The notes beneath the pieces are model-generated. The model worked only from the letters and a program-made list of their open reading frames with translations, ran no database searches and was not told where the DNA came from. 64,000 nucleotides of DNA, from NCBI GenBank assembly GCA_963805855.1, contig CAWDVW010000005.1, positions 64,001 through 128,000 of the forward strand, written 5' to 3'. Positions 1 through 9,447 of this stretch are shown in pieces (within the stretch, counting starts at the first letter, position 1; each line of letters opens with the position of its first letter). A program made the translations under genes and the position numbers. The stretch comes from Candidatus Dadabacteria bacterium. GTDB taxonomy: Bacteria; Desulfobacterota_D; UBA1144; Nemesobacterales; CSP1-2.

Positions 1-84
1 AAAAAAGCTTAGGTGCGACATGTGAGTCCTTACTCAGTGCCGAGAAAATACCTAATGATTCAGGTACGCGTAACACGCACTACG

Positions 85-114
85 TTGCTTTAATTAATGA
101 AGATGTGATAGAAT
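85..114 (+). promoter_or_regulatory. Putative sigma70 promoter of lipoprotein copy 1 (TTGCTT-18bp-TAGAAT, extended -10 TGn)
   Basis: TTGCTT at 85-90 and TGa-TAGAAT at 106-114; almost the same element is conserved upstream of the paralog at 1550-1579. Confidence 0.55.
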
Positions 115-160
115 TTGTTGATGTCAGTTCTCCATAAAAAATTCTATGGGAGGTACGTAT

Positions 161-895
161 ATGTGTAAAAAGTATAAGAATCTTTTACTTGCTTTTGTTG
201 TAGCTGTCCTGCCTTTCTTCATCGTCGGTGGATGCAACAGTAGCAGTGGTGGAGGAGGAGGCGGGGGGTGCCCCGAGACAAACGTGGGTATTGAGGTTTG
301 TGACCCCGACACTGGTGGCCCTTTTTCGATAATTATCGACAATGGGTTCTTCCCGGTGGTGGTGGGTAGCCAGAGCGTGCTTGAGGGCGAGGACGACCAG
401 GGAGTAATGGTTCGAATTGAATCCTCTGTTCTTGACGAGACTGAAGACATCGCTGGCGTGACCACACGCGTCGTGGAGGAGCAGACTTTCGAGGATGATG
501 AGCTCATTGAGGATACCCGGGATTTCTACGCCCAGGCGCCGGATGGCACAGTCTGCTACTTCGGGGAGGACGTGGATATATTCGAAAACGGTGAACTCGT
601 TTCCCACGAAGGCACGTGGCGAGCCGGGAACGGTAATCTCCCTGGAATCATCATGCCTGCCAATCCTCAAGCCGGAATGGTGTTCAATCAGGAACTTGCT
701 CCCGATGTTGCGGAAGACGTCTCTAGCATTACCGAACTAGGTGAGACTATCGATGTTCCGGTGGGAATGTTCAGTGATACGGTAAGCGCTGAGGATTGCA
801 ATCCATTCGACGGCACAAAGGACCGCAAGGTTTATGTTGATGGAATCGGCCTGGCGATCGACGAGTTCGCGGAATTGGTCGAGTTTAATCCGTAA
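161..895 (+). CDS. Hypothetical acidic lipoprotein (paralog 1)
   Basis: ORF 146..895; ATG at 161 follows GGAGGT; hydrophobic signal ending in lipobox-like VGGC, then Ser/Gly linker; clearly similar to 1622..2404. Confidence 0.8.
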   Translation: MCKKYKNLLLAFVVAVLPFFIVGGCNSSSGGGGGGGCPETNVGIEVCDPDTGGPFSIIIDNGFFPVVVGSQSVLEGEDDQGVMVRIESSVLDETEDIAGVTTRVVEEQTFEDDELIEDTRDFYAQAPDGTVCYFGEDVDIFENGELVSHEGTWRAGNGNLPGIIMPANPQAGMVFNQELAPDVAEDVSSITELGETIDVPVGMFSDTVSAEDCNPFDGTKDRKVYVDGIGLAIDEFAELVEFNP

Positions 896-915
896 AACTG
901 TGAAACCGTAAAATC

Positions 916-1040
916 GGGGACAGACACTATTTATTTTGCTTTAACTATACTGATCATGAGAAATGGATCAATAAACTGAAGATTCTCAGTTCAATTTAGC
1001 TGACCTTGTTACCTAGATGTTAATACAAGCATCTGTTCCC
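916..1040. mobile_element. MITE-like ~125 bp element, copy A (ends GGGGACAGACAC...ATCTGTTCCC)
   Basis: Colinear similarity over its whole length to 9317..9442; imperfect terminal inverted repeats. Confidence 0.65.
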
Positions 1041-1060
1041 TTTTCTTTATTTCGTTAAGG

Positions 1061-1257
1061 CTCAATGCCAATCACCCCGATTATTGCAGCAAAGACTGCT
1101 TAAAGGCAAAGGAGTGGACACCACTTGCACCGGGTGACGTCGAGCACAAATATTATGCCGAGAACACCGCTTCTGACATAGGGAATAATGTGCTAACTGA
1201 AGAACTCAAGGGGACAAACGGTCCGGAGTGAGCTGGTCGATGTAAAAACAGGTAAAA
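1061..1257 (+). pseudogene. C-terminal remnant of a third, more divergent member of the lipoprotein family
   Basis: Translates as DCLKAKEWTPLAPGDVEHKYYAEN..IGNNVLTEELKG, then after a frameshift TVRSELVDVK; resembles paralog C-termini (DTVSAEDCNPFDGTKDRKVYVDGIG...ELVEFNP); no start or N-terminus. Confidence 0.5.
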
Positions 1258-1549
1258 CTAACACCGGAGACTGTCCAACTACTTTCGACGATGCCCTGGG
1301 TTTCCTTTGCGACGAAGATAATTCACCTCATCGGATGAATTGTGTGAGTCCCTAACAGGCTGATTATTCCCCAAGAATGTCGGGAAAGAGCAAGAAGAGT
1401 AAACGAGGCAACAAACAACGAGTAGTTTTAATATGTTATTTGGTCCTGGAGGTGCCGGCAAGTGAAGAAACTTAGGTGTGTGATAGGTGGATCCTGATTC
1501 AATACGGAGAAAATACAGCATGATTTAGGTACGCCTCACATCCACTATC

Positions 1550-1579
1550 TTGCTTTAATAAATGAAGATGTGATAAAAT
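1550..1579 (+). promoter_or_regulatory. Putative sigma70 promoter of lipoprotein copy 2 (TTGCTT-18bp-TAAAAT)
   Basis: Duplicate of 85..114 with TGa-TAAAAT. Confidence 0.55.
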
Positions 1580-1621
1580 TAATGTCAGTTTTCCATAATA
1601 AAATCTTATTGGAGGTGATGT

Positions 1622-2404
1622 ATGCATAGGAAGTATAATGAGCTTTTACTCGCTTTCATTGTGAGCACCTTATCCTTGTTTATAATCACTGGGTGTAACG
1701 ATAATAATGCTGGAGGGGGCGGCGCGTGCCCAGATACCAACGTGGGTATTGAAATTTGCGACCCAGAGACGGGTGGCCCGTTCAAGCTAGTGATCGACAA
1801 CGGATTTTTCCCAGTGGTGGTGGGAAGTGAGAGCGTGCTTGAGGACGAGGAAGGTAATGCCCGATTAGAGATCACTGTTCCGGGTGATACAGAAGAGGTC
1901 GCAGGGGTAGATACACGCGTCCTCGTCGAGACAGAATTCGACAATGGTTTACTAATTGAAGTCTCCCGAAACTTCTTCACTCAGGTGCAGGAGGGATCGC
2001 CAGGCGCGGGCACTGTCTGCTACTACGGCGAGGATGTTGACATCTGTGATACAGGTCTTGAACCAGACGGGAATGGTGGGTTTCTTTGCGACGGTGAAGA
2101 GCCCGCTCACTCTGGTGAATGGCGCGCCGGAGTGGACGGTGCTATTCCGGGGATTTTTATGCGAGCTGACCCAGAAGTCGGCGATGTATACAATGAGGAA
2201 ATCGCTCCCGATGTGGCGGAAGACATTGCTGAAGTGACAGATATAGGAGATCCTATCGAGGTTCTGGATGAAATCTTTTTCGATACCCTAACAACACTGG
2301 ACTGCAATCCGCTCACACGTGAACCAAGGGACACCAAGGTTTATATCAACGGCATGGGGATTGCACAAGACGCGGATCTGTTTTTGGTCGAGTTTAATCC
2401 TTAA
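1622..2404 (+). CDS. Hypothetical acidic lipoprotein (paralog 2)
   Basis: GGAGGT SD; lipobox-like ITGC; shares CPxTNVGIExCDPxTGGPF, IDNGFFPVVVGS, VCYxGEDVD, WRAG, APDVAED and LVEFNP with paralog 1. Confidence 0.8.
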   Translation: MHRKYNELLLAFIVSTLSLFIITGCNDNNAGGGGACPDTNVGIEICDPETGGPFKLVIDNGFFPVVVGSESVLEDEEGNARLEITVPGDTEEVAGVDTRVLVETEFDNGLLIEVSRNFFTQVQEGSPGAGTVCYYGEDVDICDTGLEPDGNGGFLCDGEEPAHSGEWRAGVDGAIPGIFMRADPEVGDVYNEEIAPDVAEDIAEVTDIGDPIEVLDEIFFDTLTTLDCNPLTREPRDTKVYINGMGIAQDADLFLVEFNP

Positions 2405-2525
2405 AATCTCAAACTGTGAAATTGTAAAACCGGGGGCAACATCCGTTGTCCCCTTCCCGTTCGGCTATATAAGCTTTTAACAAGAGGTGTCTTGGCACCT
2501 TTACCCACTAAAGGTGGTGATTTAT

Positions 2526-5500
2526 CTAATTATCCTTATTCTTTCTCACCCGCAAAAGCATAATAAGAACCGGCAGCACAATGAGGACAAGGGGAAGTTG
2601 AATAATGAGACCTGAGATTATGGCGATTGCCAGAGGTTGCTGCATTGCGGAGCCTTGCCCTATGGCAAGCGCGAGTGGCATAAGGGCAAGAATCGTTGCA
2701 AAAGTAGTCATTGCGATAGGTCGCATCCGGTTTCTACCAGCCATTATAAGTGCCATGCACTCATCCAGGTCTTCGGGCAAATCATAATATTCGGAGACAT
2801 AAAATATGGCAACTTCCGCTACGATTCCGACGATCATGGTCATACCCATCATAGAAGAAATATTAATCTCCGTCCCTGTAAGCCATAAACCTATAAACAC
2901 GGCCGAGATGGCAACTACCGGTAGAGATAAAATTGCCAGAGCAACGCGAAAGCTTTCATACAGAAATAAGAGAAGGAGGAAAACCAGAAGCACCGCCGCC
3001 ACGAACACGGCAATCAGACCGGCGAAAGCAATTCGCTGCTGAGCATAGAGCCCGCCTAAATCGTAATAAACTGTTTTAGGTAAAAGACCCTGAGTCTTAA
3101 TGACCATTTTGACATCCGTTATTGTAGAGCCAATGTCGCGACCGCTGATGCGCCCTGTCACAGCGATCATCCTCTTAAGATCATAACGGTTGATTTGGGG
3201 CTGCCCGGTTATAATCTCAGCGGAGCCTATCCGTCTGAGGGGAAAGAGATGACCGTCGGGCGCTCGCATTAGTATGCTCTTTACATCCAATTCAGTGCCA
3301 CGCGCATCCTTCGGAACCCATACCCTAACCCCCACGAGCTTGGGATCGCGTTCTACCTGAGTCGTAACTACGCCACTCAAGTACCCAGAAATTAACTGCG
3401 TGACGGACTCTGGATCCACCCCTTCGAGTGCAGCCTTAACCCGATCCACCTTGATGTCAAGTGTGTCACCTGCTATGACAATTCCGCTATTAACATCCAC
3501 AACACCGGGAATTTTCCCGATCGCTTCGGCAACCTGAGGCCCCAGTTTGCCAAGCAACTCGCCGTCATCGGAATATAGTTTTATCTCTATCGGCTGCGGC
3601 ACGCCCGTAAGATCGCCGATTAGATCTTCCATTAACTGCGCTAGCTCAATTTTCAGACCGGGAATGGAGTGCTCCACCCGTGTTCTTACATCGTCCATAA
3701 CATCTTCTATACTTCGCCTGGGAAATGGTTTGAGACGCACAAAGAAGTCGCCCTCGTTGGCCTCGGTGAGGAATCCTCCAAGAGCCAGTCCGGTGCGGCG
3801 AGAGTAAGTATCCACCTCAGGAGTTGATTGAAGGATTAATTCAACCTTTCGAAGCAAGCGGTCCGTTTCGGTAAGAGACGTTCCTGAGGGACTTCGATAA
3901 TCAAGGATGAATCCGCCTTCATCCATTCGAGGCATAAACCCGGAACCTGTATTTTTGTAGCTGAGCCAGCCCAGAAGAACCAGTGGGGCAATGCCCAGCA
4001 GCACCAACCAGGGCTGCTCTAGTATACGTCTCATCACTGATTCATAAGCTCCTTTAATCCTCTCCGTTAATACTCCTTCCTCCTTTTGTTCGGCGTCCTT
4101 TTGGGTCAGCAAGTGAGACGCTAAAAGCGGTATGGCTAACCACGCAACGAAGAAGGAAATTAAAAGGCTCGCCGCCATGGTAAGCGACAAGGCTTTGAAA
4201 AAGGCACCAGTAACTCCGGAAAGCAAGGCGAGCGGTGCGAAAATGATGATTGTGGATGCTGAAGACCCGGCAAGCGGTTTGGTAAACTCCCTGACGGCTC
4301 GCATTATTGTGACTTGAGACTCTCCCGTACTCCCTCGCAACCTTCGAGTGATGTGTTCAACCATGACAATGGTGTCATCTATTATAAGTCCAACCGCGGC
4401 TGCCATACCGCCCAGGGTCATGATATTAAAGCTCATATGAAATACATAGAGAATAAGTACGGTTGCAGCTAGGACACTGGGCACCGAAACCAAGGCTATC
4501 AAGGTGATCTTTAAGTCACGAAGGAAAATAAATAGGACTAATGAAGCGAGAACAATACCGATCAGTATCGCATCGCGTACGCTGCCAGCGGAAGAGCGAA
4601 TCAAGTCGCTCTGGTCATACCAATTGGCGATTTTTATATCTTCAGGTAACTGTTTCTGAAAATCAGACAGCTTTTCTTTGACAGTTCCGGCTATCTGAAC
4701 TGTATTGCCACCTGGTTGCTGGAAAATCTGGAAGATTACCGCATCGTGACCCTCTGCTGTAATGCGAATCCACTGAGGAGCCGCCTCACGGCTTACCGTT
4801 GCAACATCCTCAAGAAGCACAATTCCATTTTCCCCGGAGCGCAATACGGTCTCACGAATTTGAGACATGCTCAGAAAGCGTGTATCGGAGACAACCAAGT
4901 AGAGTTTATAGTGATCTTCCAGCTTACCCACAGCGGTTATCACGTTAGCGGCCGAAAGCGCATCGGCAACATCTTTCAGTGATAAGCCAAAAGAATAGAG
5001 ACGAGCTGGATCCACAGTTACCCTGTACTCTTCTTGCTCACCACCCAGGACTCCCACATCGGCAACTCCTTTAACCGTTAACAGCAGTGGGCGAAGCTGG
5101 TAAAGTGCGATATCGCGAAGCTCGATCAGAGAGTGGGTATCAGAAGTCAGACTATAAGCGATAACGGGAAAGATGGTAGGATCCATTCGCCTTACTGTAA
5201 AACTAGTTCCCTGGGGGAGGCTGGCAAGCATCTGATTCATTGCTGACTCGACTTGCAACCTAGCAGCAACCATGTCGTCCTTCCAATCGAAGTCAATCAA
5301 GATCTCTGAGCTTCCGCGGCTTGTAGTGGAACGTACGTTTAATACGCCGGGAACGGCACGCACGGATTCTTCGACCGGCCAGGTAACCTCAACAGCCATC
5401 AGTTCTGCTGGACGATCTCCGGCGTCGAGATTTACCTGCACCCTGGGGAAAATCACACGTGGAAAAAGAGCGACAGGAAGGCGAAATCCAATTGCGACCC

Positions 5501-5573
5501 CAAACAATGCTAATAATGAGAGCAAGAAAAGAATCGACCGACGATGCGAGTACATCCACTGAGTGATAGTCAC
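2526..5573 (-). CDS. RND efflux transporter permease subunit (AcrB/CusA/CzcA superfamily)
   Basis: 1015 aa; FPRV, GLIIDDTIVMVEH, FMPRMDEG and RMRPIAMTT motifs; two large periplasmic loops. Confidence 0.93.
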   Translation of the reverse strand: MTITQWMYSHRRSILFLLSLLALFGVAIGFRLPVALFPRVIFPRVQVNLDAGDRPAELMAVEVTWPVEESVRAVPGVLNVRSTTSRGSSEILIDFDWKDDMVAARLQVESAMNQMLASLPQGTSFTVRRMDPTIFPVIAYSLTSDTHSLIELRDIALYQLRPLLLTVKGVADVGVLGGEQEEYRVTVDPARLYSFGLSLKDVADALSAANVITAVGKLEDHYKLYLVVSDTRFLSMSQIRETVLRSGENGIVLLEDVATVSREAAPQWIRITAEGHDAVIFQIFQQPGGNTVQIAGTVKEKLSDFQKQLPEDIKIANWYDQSDLIRSSAGSVRDAILIGIVLASLVLFIFLRDLKITLIALVSVPSVLAATVLILYVFHMSFNIMTLGGMAAAVGLIIDDTIVMVEHITRRLRGSTGESQVTIMRAVREFTKPLAGSSASTIIIFAPLALLSGVTGAFFKALSLTMAASLLISFFVAWLAIPLLASHLLTQKDAEQKEEGVLTERIKGAYESVMRRILEQPWLVLLGIAPLVLLGWLSYKNTGSGFMPRMDEGGFILDYRSPSGTSLTETDRLLRKVELILQSTPEVDTYSRRTGLALGGFLTEANEGDFFVRLKPFPRRSIEDVMDDVRTRVEHSIPGLKIELAQLMEDLIGDLTGVPQPIEIKLYSDDGELLGKLGPQVAEAIGKIPGVVDVNSGIVIAGDTLDIKVDRVKAALEGVDPESVTQLISGYLSGVVTTQVERDPKLVGVRVWVPKDARGTELDVKSILMRAPDGHLFPLRRIGSAEIITGQPQINRYDLKRMIAVTGRISGRDIGSTITDVKMVIKTQGLLPKTVYYDLGGLYAQQRIAFAGLIAVFVAAVLLVFLLLLFLYESFRVALAILSLPVVAISAVFIGLWLTGTEINISSMMGMTMIVGIVAEVAIFYVSEYYDLPEDLDECMALIMAGRNRMRPIAMTTFATILALMPLALAIGQGSAMQQPLAIAIISGLIIQLPLVLIVLPVLIMLLRVRKNKDN

Positions 5574-6673
5574 TTAGAAACCTCGAATTTTACGGCCATA
5601 TCATTCTTGAGCTCATAATTACCAAGAATTACCACCGGGTCCCCGGGCTCGATATCCGATCCAATAACTTCGACTTCTTTGCCGTTCTCAAGACCAATTT
5701 GTACTGAGTGCTTTACGGCTCGATCATTCTTTACAGTAAACATTTGATAATGATCCTCTTCAGGGAGAACCGCGGCCCGGGGAACAATTAATCCTGTGGA
5801 GGAGGCGATTGTGATTTTGCCTACTGCAAATTCACCCAGAAGGAACGTGGTAGATTTGGGTAAAGCTTCGGGAAGGGTAACAAAAACATCAACCAGGCGT
5901 GTATCGGGATTAACCGCATTCGAAATTTTACGGATTTTGCCCGTGACTCCTGCTGATTCCGGAACATTTACGGGAGATAGCGAAACGTCCTGGCCTGGCT
6001 TTACCTGTTCTACATCCTCAGGCTCAACGCCCAAAAGAATCTCAAGGCGGTTTTGAACCACGATATCTACAAGTGTGCCTCCAACAGGAACTATAGAACC
6101 CTCCTGAACGTAGACCTTTTTAATCAAACCTGTAACATCGGCCTGCAATTTTCTGGGACCGTTGATGCCGCGCTCATTTATACTCTTAAGATTTAGCTGA
6201 GCCTGCCGGAATGACTGCTTTGCCTGCGTGAGTTGATCGTTGTTCGCCAACTTAAGATCAAACAGCCGCTGAAAATGCTCGAGACTCTGCTTGGTCGATT
6301 CATACGTATTTCTCGCCTGTTCAAGTTGAAGATAAGTATCGGGGCTGGGCTCGATTTCAAGAAGGGCTTCTCCCTTTGCAACCACTTGTCCGTCTGTGAC
6401 CATAACATTCAGCACCCGACTCTCAAATGCAACAGAAATGGTTTGGAGCGCGCCCGGAGCCGGTATAGCAACTCCGTATACAGTAATGGTCTCCGTAATT
6501 GTCCCCTTCCTGATTGGAACAGTTTTTATTTGGGCTATGGGTTCATTCGAATTCAGCTCTTGGAGATCATCTTTAACGAGGTTTTGACTGTTTTCATGGG
6601 AAAGCCACCAATACAGAACTACGGCCAAAACGACCAAGAAAGCAACTTTGGTGTACGGGGGAAGTCTTTTCAT
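5570..6673 (-). CDS. RND periplasmic adaptor (membrane fusion protein)
   Basis: ORF 5570..6739, likely start MKRLPPY at 6673; N-terminal TM, lipoyl-like VTDGQVVAKGEALLEI, C-terminal VPRAAV...VQIG. Confidence 0.9.
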   Translation of the reverse strand: MKRLPPYTKVAFLVVLAVVLYWWLSHENSQNLVKDDLQELNSNEPIAQIKTVPIRKGTITETITVYGVAIPAPGALQTISVAFESRVLNVMVTDGQVVAKGEALLEIEPSPDTYLQLEQARNTYESTKQSLEHFQRLFDLKLANNDQLTQAKQSFRQAQLNLKSINERGINGPRKLQADVTGLIKKVYVQEGSIVPVGGTLVDIVVQNRLEILLGVEPEDVEQVKPGQDVSLSPVNVPESAGVTGKIRKISNAVNPDTRLVDVFVTLPEALPKSTTFLLGEFAVGKITIASSTGLIVPRAAVLPEEDHYQMFTVKNDRAVKHSVQIGLENGKEVEVIGSDIEPGDPVVILGNYELKNDMAVKFEVSK

Positions 6674-6677
6674 TTGG

Positions 6678-8090
6678 TCAGGCCCCAAACTCCGCGCTAT
6701 CGAAGTATCGCCCGGCGGCAATTTCCAGAGCAACCGCAAGGTCAGCTAGTGTCTGTTTCAGCTTAAAAACATCTATCTGCTTCAAAATTAATTCGTTTCG
6801 GGCATTGTAGTAGCTAATAACGTCGGCATTACCTTCCTGAAAGGCCTTGTAGTAGGTTCCGACGAGTGTTTCTAAGGTTTTTACAGTCTCCTGAGTTGTA
6901 TCTATTTGTCGGTTGACCCATTGCATATCTGCAAGAATAGTTGCGATATTAGATTGAGTTTTGTAAACACGGTCAACGTATTCGTCAAATAGCTGCTTTC
7001 GAGTTGCCCTCTCGATAGCGATGTGCCCCTGATTGCGATCGAAAACAGGTAGATCAATTGTTATGCCGAAACCAGAGGTTACGACGTTACCCGTATCACG
7101 CAATTGAGAAAACCCAATATTAACCCTCGGGAACTGGGCAAGTATAGCTGCTCTCAGGCGGGATTCCTGGCTCTCGTAACCCCATTTCAATGCCAGAAGA
7201 TCCAGACGGCGGTCTTCTATTCCATCCAGAATGCTATTAACGGATGGATTCTTTTTAAAAAAAGGTGGCTCAATCCCCTTCTGAATTGGAACTATTTGTT
7301 CTGGAGGAAACCCGATTGACTGATTGAACGCAATACGTTCGTCTTCTAATTGTTGCTCAATTTGTTGCGCGGATAACTGGATGATTTTGAGCGCCGACTC
7401 CGCCGCTGATAGATCGATTATGGTCATATCTCCGAAGTCCACAGCCTTTTTGATAGCCTCCACATTTTCCAGAAGCCCCTTTTCCCCTTCCTTTGCAACA
7501 TCAAGTTGATTTTTAAGAAAGTACAAACGGTATACATGCTGCTTGGCACCCTCGGACACCTGCCATTCCTGCCATGCTACATCAAGATCCACCGATGCCG
7601 CATTAGACTTTGCTGAATCAATTTCGGCCCATCGCGTGATTAGGAACCTTATATCCCAACTGAAGACGAGACCAAAGCCATTAACAGTACCCATGGTCGT
7701 ACCTCCCGTGGGGAAATCCATCCCGTATGAAACCTGCGGGTTGGGTAGAATGCCAGCCTGGAAAAGTTGAGCCGCAGCTATTCCCCTTTTGTCACGAACA
7801 GCACGCAGTTCAGTATTTGCTATAACAGATAGGACTGCAGCTTCGTCTGGCGAGAGGCCATCACTCTCGTCGAAATTGAGGGGCTTTAATATTGGATGTT
7901 TTATTGTACGGGCATCGACGCGGAGGACATCTACGCTGGGAGGTTTGAGCGCTTCTGAAACGGTGGCTTTGTCTAGAGGCATTGGATGGTATGTTGTACA
8001 ACCTTCCAATACAAGTAAAGCTATTGCGATTAAACCGGAGTAGTGACGACCCCCAACAGTCACGCGAAGAAAGAGTTGAAAATAGTTCAT
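6678..8090 (-). CDS. TolC-family outer membrane efflux protein (lipoprotein type); start uncertain
   Basis: ORF 6678..8201; lipobox-like LEGC; LPNPQV, LPVFDRNQG and ALEIAAG motifs; upstream of MFP and RND. Confidence 0.85.
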   Translation of the reverse strand: MNYFQLFLRVTVGGRHYSGLIAIALLVLEGCTTYHPMPLDKATVSEALKPPSVDVLRVDARTIKHPILKPLNFDESDGLSPDEAAVLSVIANTELRAVRDKRGIAAAQLFQAGILPNPQVSYGMDFPTGGTTMGTVNGFGLVFSWDIRFLITRWAEIDSAKSNAASVDLDVAWQEWQVSEGAKQHVYRLYFLKNQLDVAKEGEKGLLENVEAIKKAVDFGDMTIIDLSAAESALKIIQLSAQQIEQQLEDERIAFNQSIGFPPEQIVPIQKGIEPPFFKKNPSVNSILDGIEDRRLDLLALKWGYESQESRLRAAILAQFPRVNIGFSQLRDTGNVVTSGFGITIDLPVFDRNQGHIAIERATRKQLFDEYVDRVYKTQSNIATILADMQWVNRQIDTTQETVKTLETLVGTYYKAFQEGNADVISYYNARNELILKQIDVFKLKQTLADLAVALEIAAGRYFDSAEFGA

Positions 8091-8475
8091 CAATAGAGAT
8101 CGCCAATGCACTTCTTCAATATATAACGTTCCACTCTCTTTCCGGTACGATAAGACGGAATATGTGCGTGTAATAATGAGCCTTATGAGTGGCACCAGCA
8201 CACAGAAAAAAGAAAAATAAAACTAAGCAGCATAAAAAATACGATAAACTGAACATTATTTCAATCACCTATAACCTGAATTGCCGAGGTCGCATTTCGG
8301 TTTTCGCTCTAGACTGTGCATGCCCAAGATCCTATAAGTTCGCTTTATAATATAACTTGGGAATATTACAAACGCCTTTCCCGAACATTACATTTTGGAA
8401 AGCACACTAAGTAAAACCAAGCGGTAGGATCAGCGTCGAGATTGGAAGTTCGGGGAAAATTGCGTAGAAATAAAT

Positions 8476-9294
8476 TTACCATGAAAAAGTAAGTAGTAAA
8501 CCCGCTCCATTTCCATCCGTGTAAGGAACAACATGGAACCTGCTGTAACATTCATTTTTATGAATCTTTGCGATTCCCCTTCCGATCGCCGTGCCCAGAG
8601 CAGCTCCGAATATCACGTCTGATAGAAAATGTTTGTTATCCGAAATGCGTGAGAATCCCACGTATCCGGCAAATAGGTATAGCGGTATCCCCGCATAATG
8701 ACCATGCATCGAATCGATGGTCGAGGCCAGGGCAAAGCTCCCTGATACGTGGCCTGAAGGGAAAGATGAGCTAAATCGATTACCGCTTCCATCGGGTCTT
8801 TCCCTCCCTACAGAGACCTTAATGATGCTTGTCATGACTGCCGTTATAATCTCCGCCTCGATAAGGGCTCTACCAGTTTCAGCAACACCCTTATTCTTTG
8901 AAATTACTCCCAGAGTATAGGTCGAGAGCGCAATCGCAGCTAATGTAAATGCACTTCCTCCTATGTTTCCTATATCTCCGAAATCCCCTAATACGCCCTT
9001 AACATCCCCCTGTATGTCATTGTCGGCACCGGTTTGAGAAAGAGCTATAGCACCTCCGGTCCCTGCCCCAAGGATAGCAAGATTCCATCCCAAGAAGCTA
9101 TTCCTTGTTCCAACCAGCAAATTTTTCGGAAGCGTTTTATAAAAGTAAGTTGTGAAATTTCCTTCTTCATTCCTTTGAGCCCAGACCTCTTCCGACTTAG
9201 CATTGAGCGTAGAAAACAGAAAAATGACGATTAAAAGGCCTATACCGGATTTCCTTGTTACTCCTAAGGAACTGTGCACGCTTTTATCACTCAA
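8476..9294 (-). CDS. PAP2-family phosphatase with signal peptide
   Basis: KxxxxRERP, SFPSGH and SRISDNKHFLSD: the three PAP2 motifs. Confidence 0.88.
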   Translation of the reverse strand: MSDKSVHSSLGVTRKSGIGLLIVIFLFSTLNAKSEEVWAQRNEEGNFTTYFYKTLPKNLLVGTRNSFLGWNLAILGAGTGGAIALSQTGADNDIQGDVKGVLGDFGDIGNIGGSAFTLAAIALSTYTLGVISKNKGVAETGRALIEAEIITAVMTSIIKVSVGRERPDGSGNRFSSSFPSGHVSGSFALASTIDSMHGHYAGIPLYLFAGYVGFSRISDNKHFLSDVIFGAALGTAIGRGIAKIHKNECYSRFHVVPYTDGNGAGLLLTFSW

Positions 9295-9316
9295 TCCTTG
9301 AACACGTTTTAAAACC

Positions 9317-9442
9317 GGAGACGGACACTTCTTAATTTGCGTTTACTATTCTGACCATGAGTAATGGACAAATAAACTGAACCCCCTTAAGTTCAGTTTA
9401 TTTGAGCATATCACCTAAATGTTAATACAAGTGTCTGTCCCC
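9317..9442. mobile_element. MITE-like ~126 bp element, copy B, with internal 14-bp perfect hairpin
   Basis: Ends GGAGACGGACACTT / AAGTGTCTGTCCCC; internal CAAATAAACTGAAC..GTTCAGTTTATTTG (9369-9404); homologous to 916..1040. Confidence 0.65.
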
Positions 9443-9447
9443 TTATA

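Noticed and set aside
1279-1521. 80-aa minus-strand ORF between the lipoprotein genes
   Set aside because: No recognisable motif, and it overlaps the duplicated upstream region of paralog 2
8116-8256. Possible 46-aa hydrophobic small ORF (MFSLSYFLCC...) upstream of tolC, with AGGTGA SD
   Set aside because: Low-complexity T-rich sequence with no supporting homology; cannot be distinguished from noise
9315-9325. CCGGAGACGGA matches the tRNA-Phe 3' region (possible att remnant)
   Set aside because: Only 11 bp, does not include the tRNA terminus and coincides with the MITE end; likely chance
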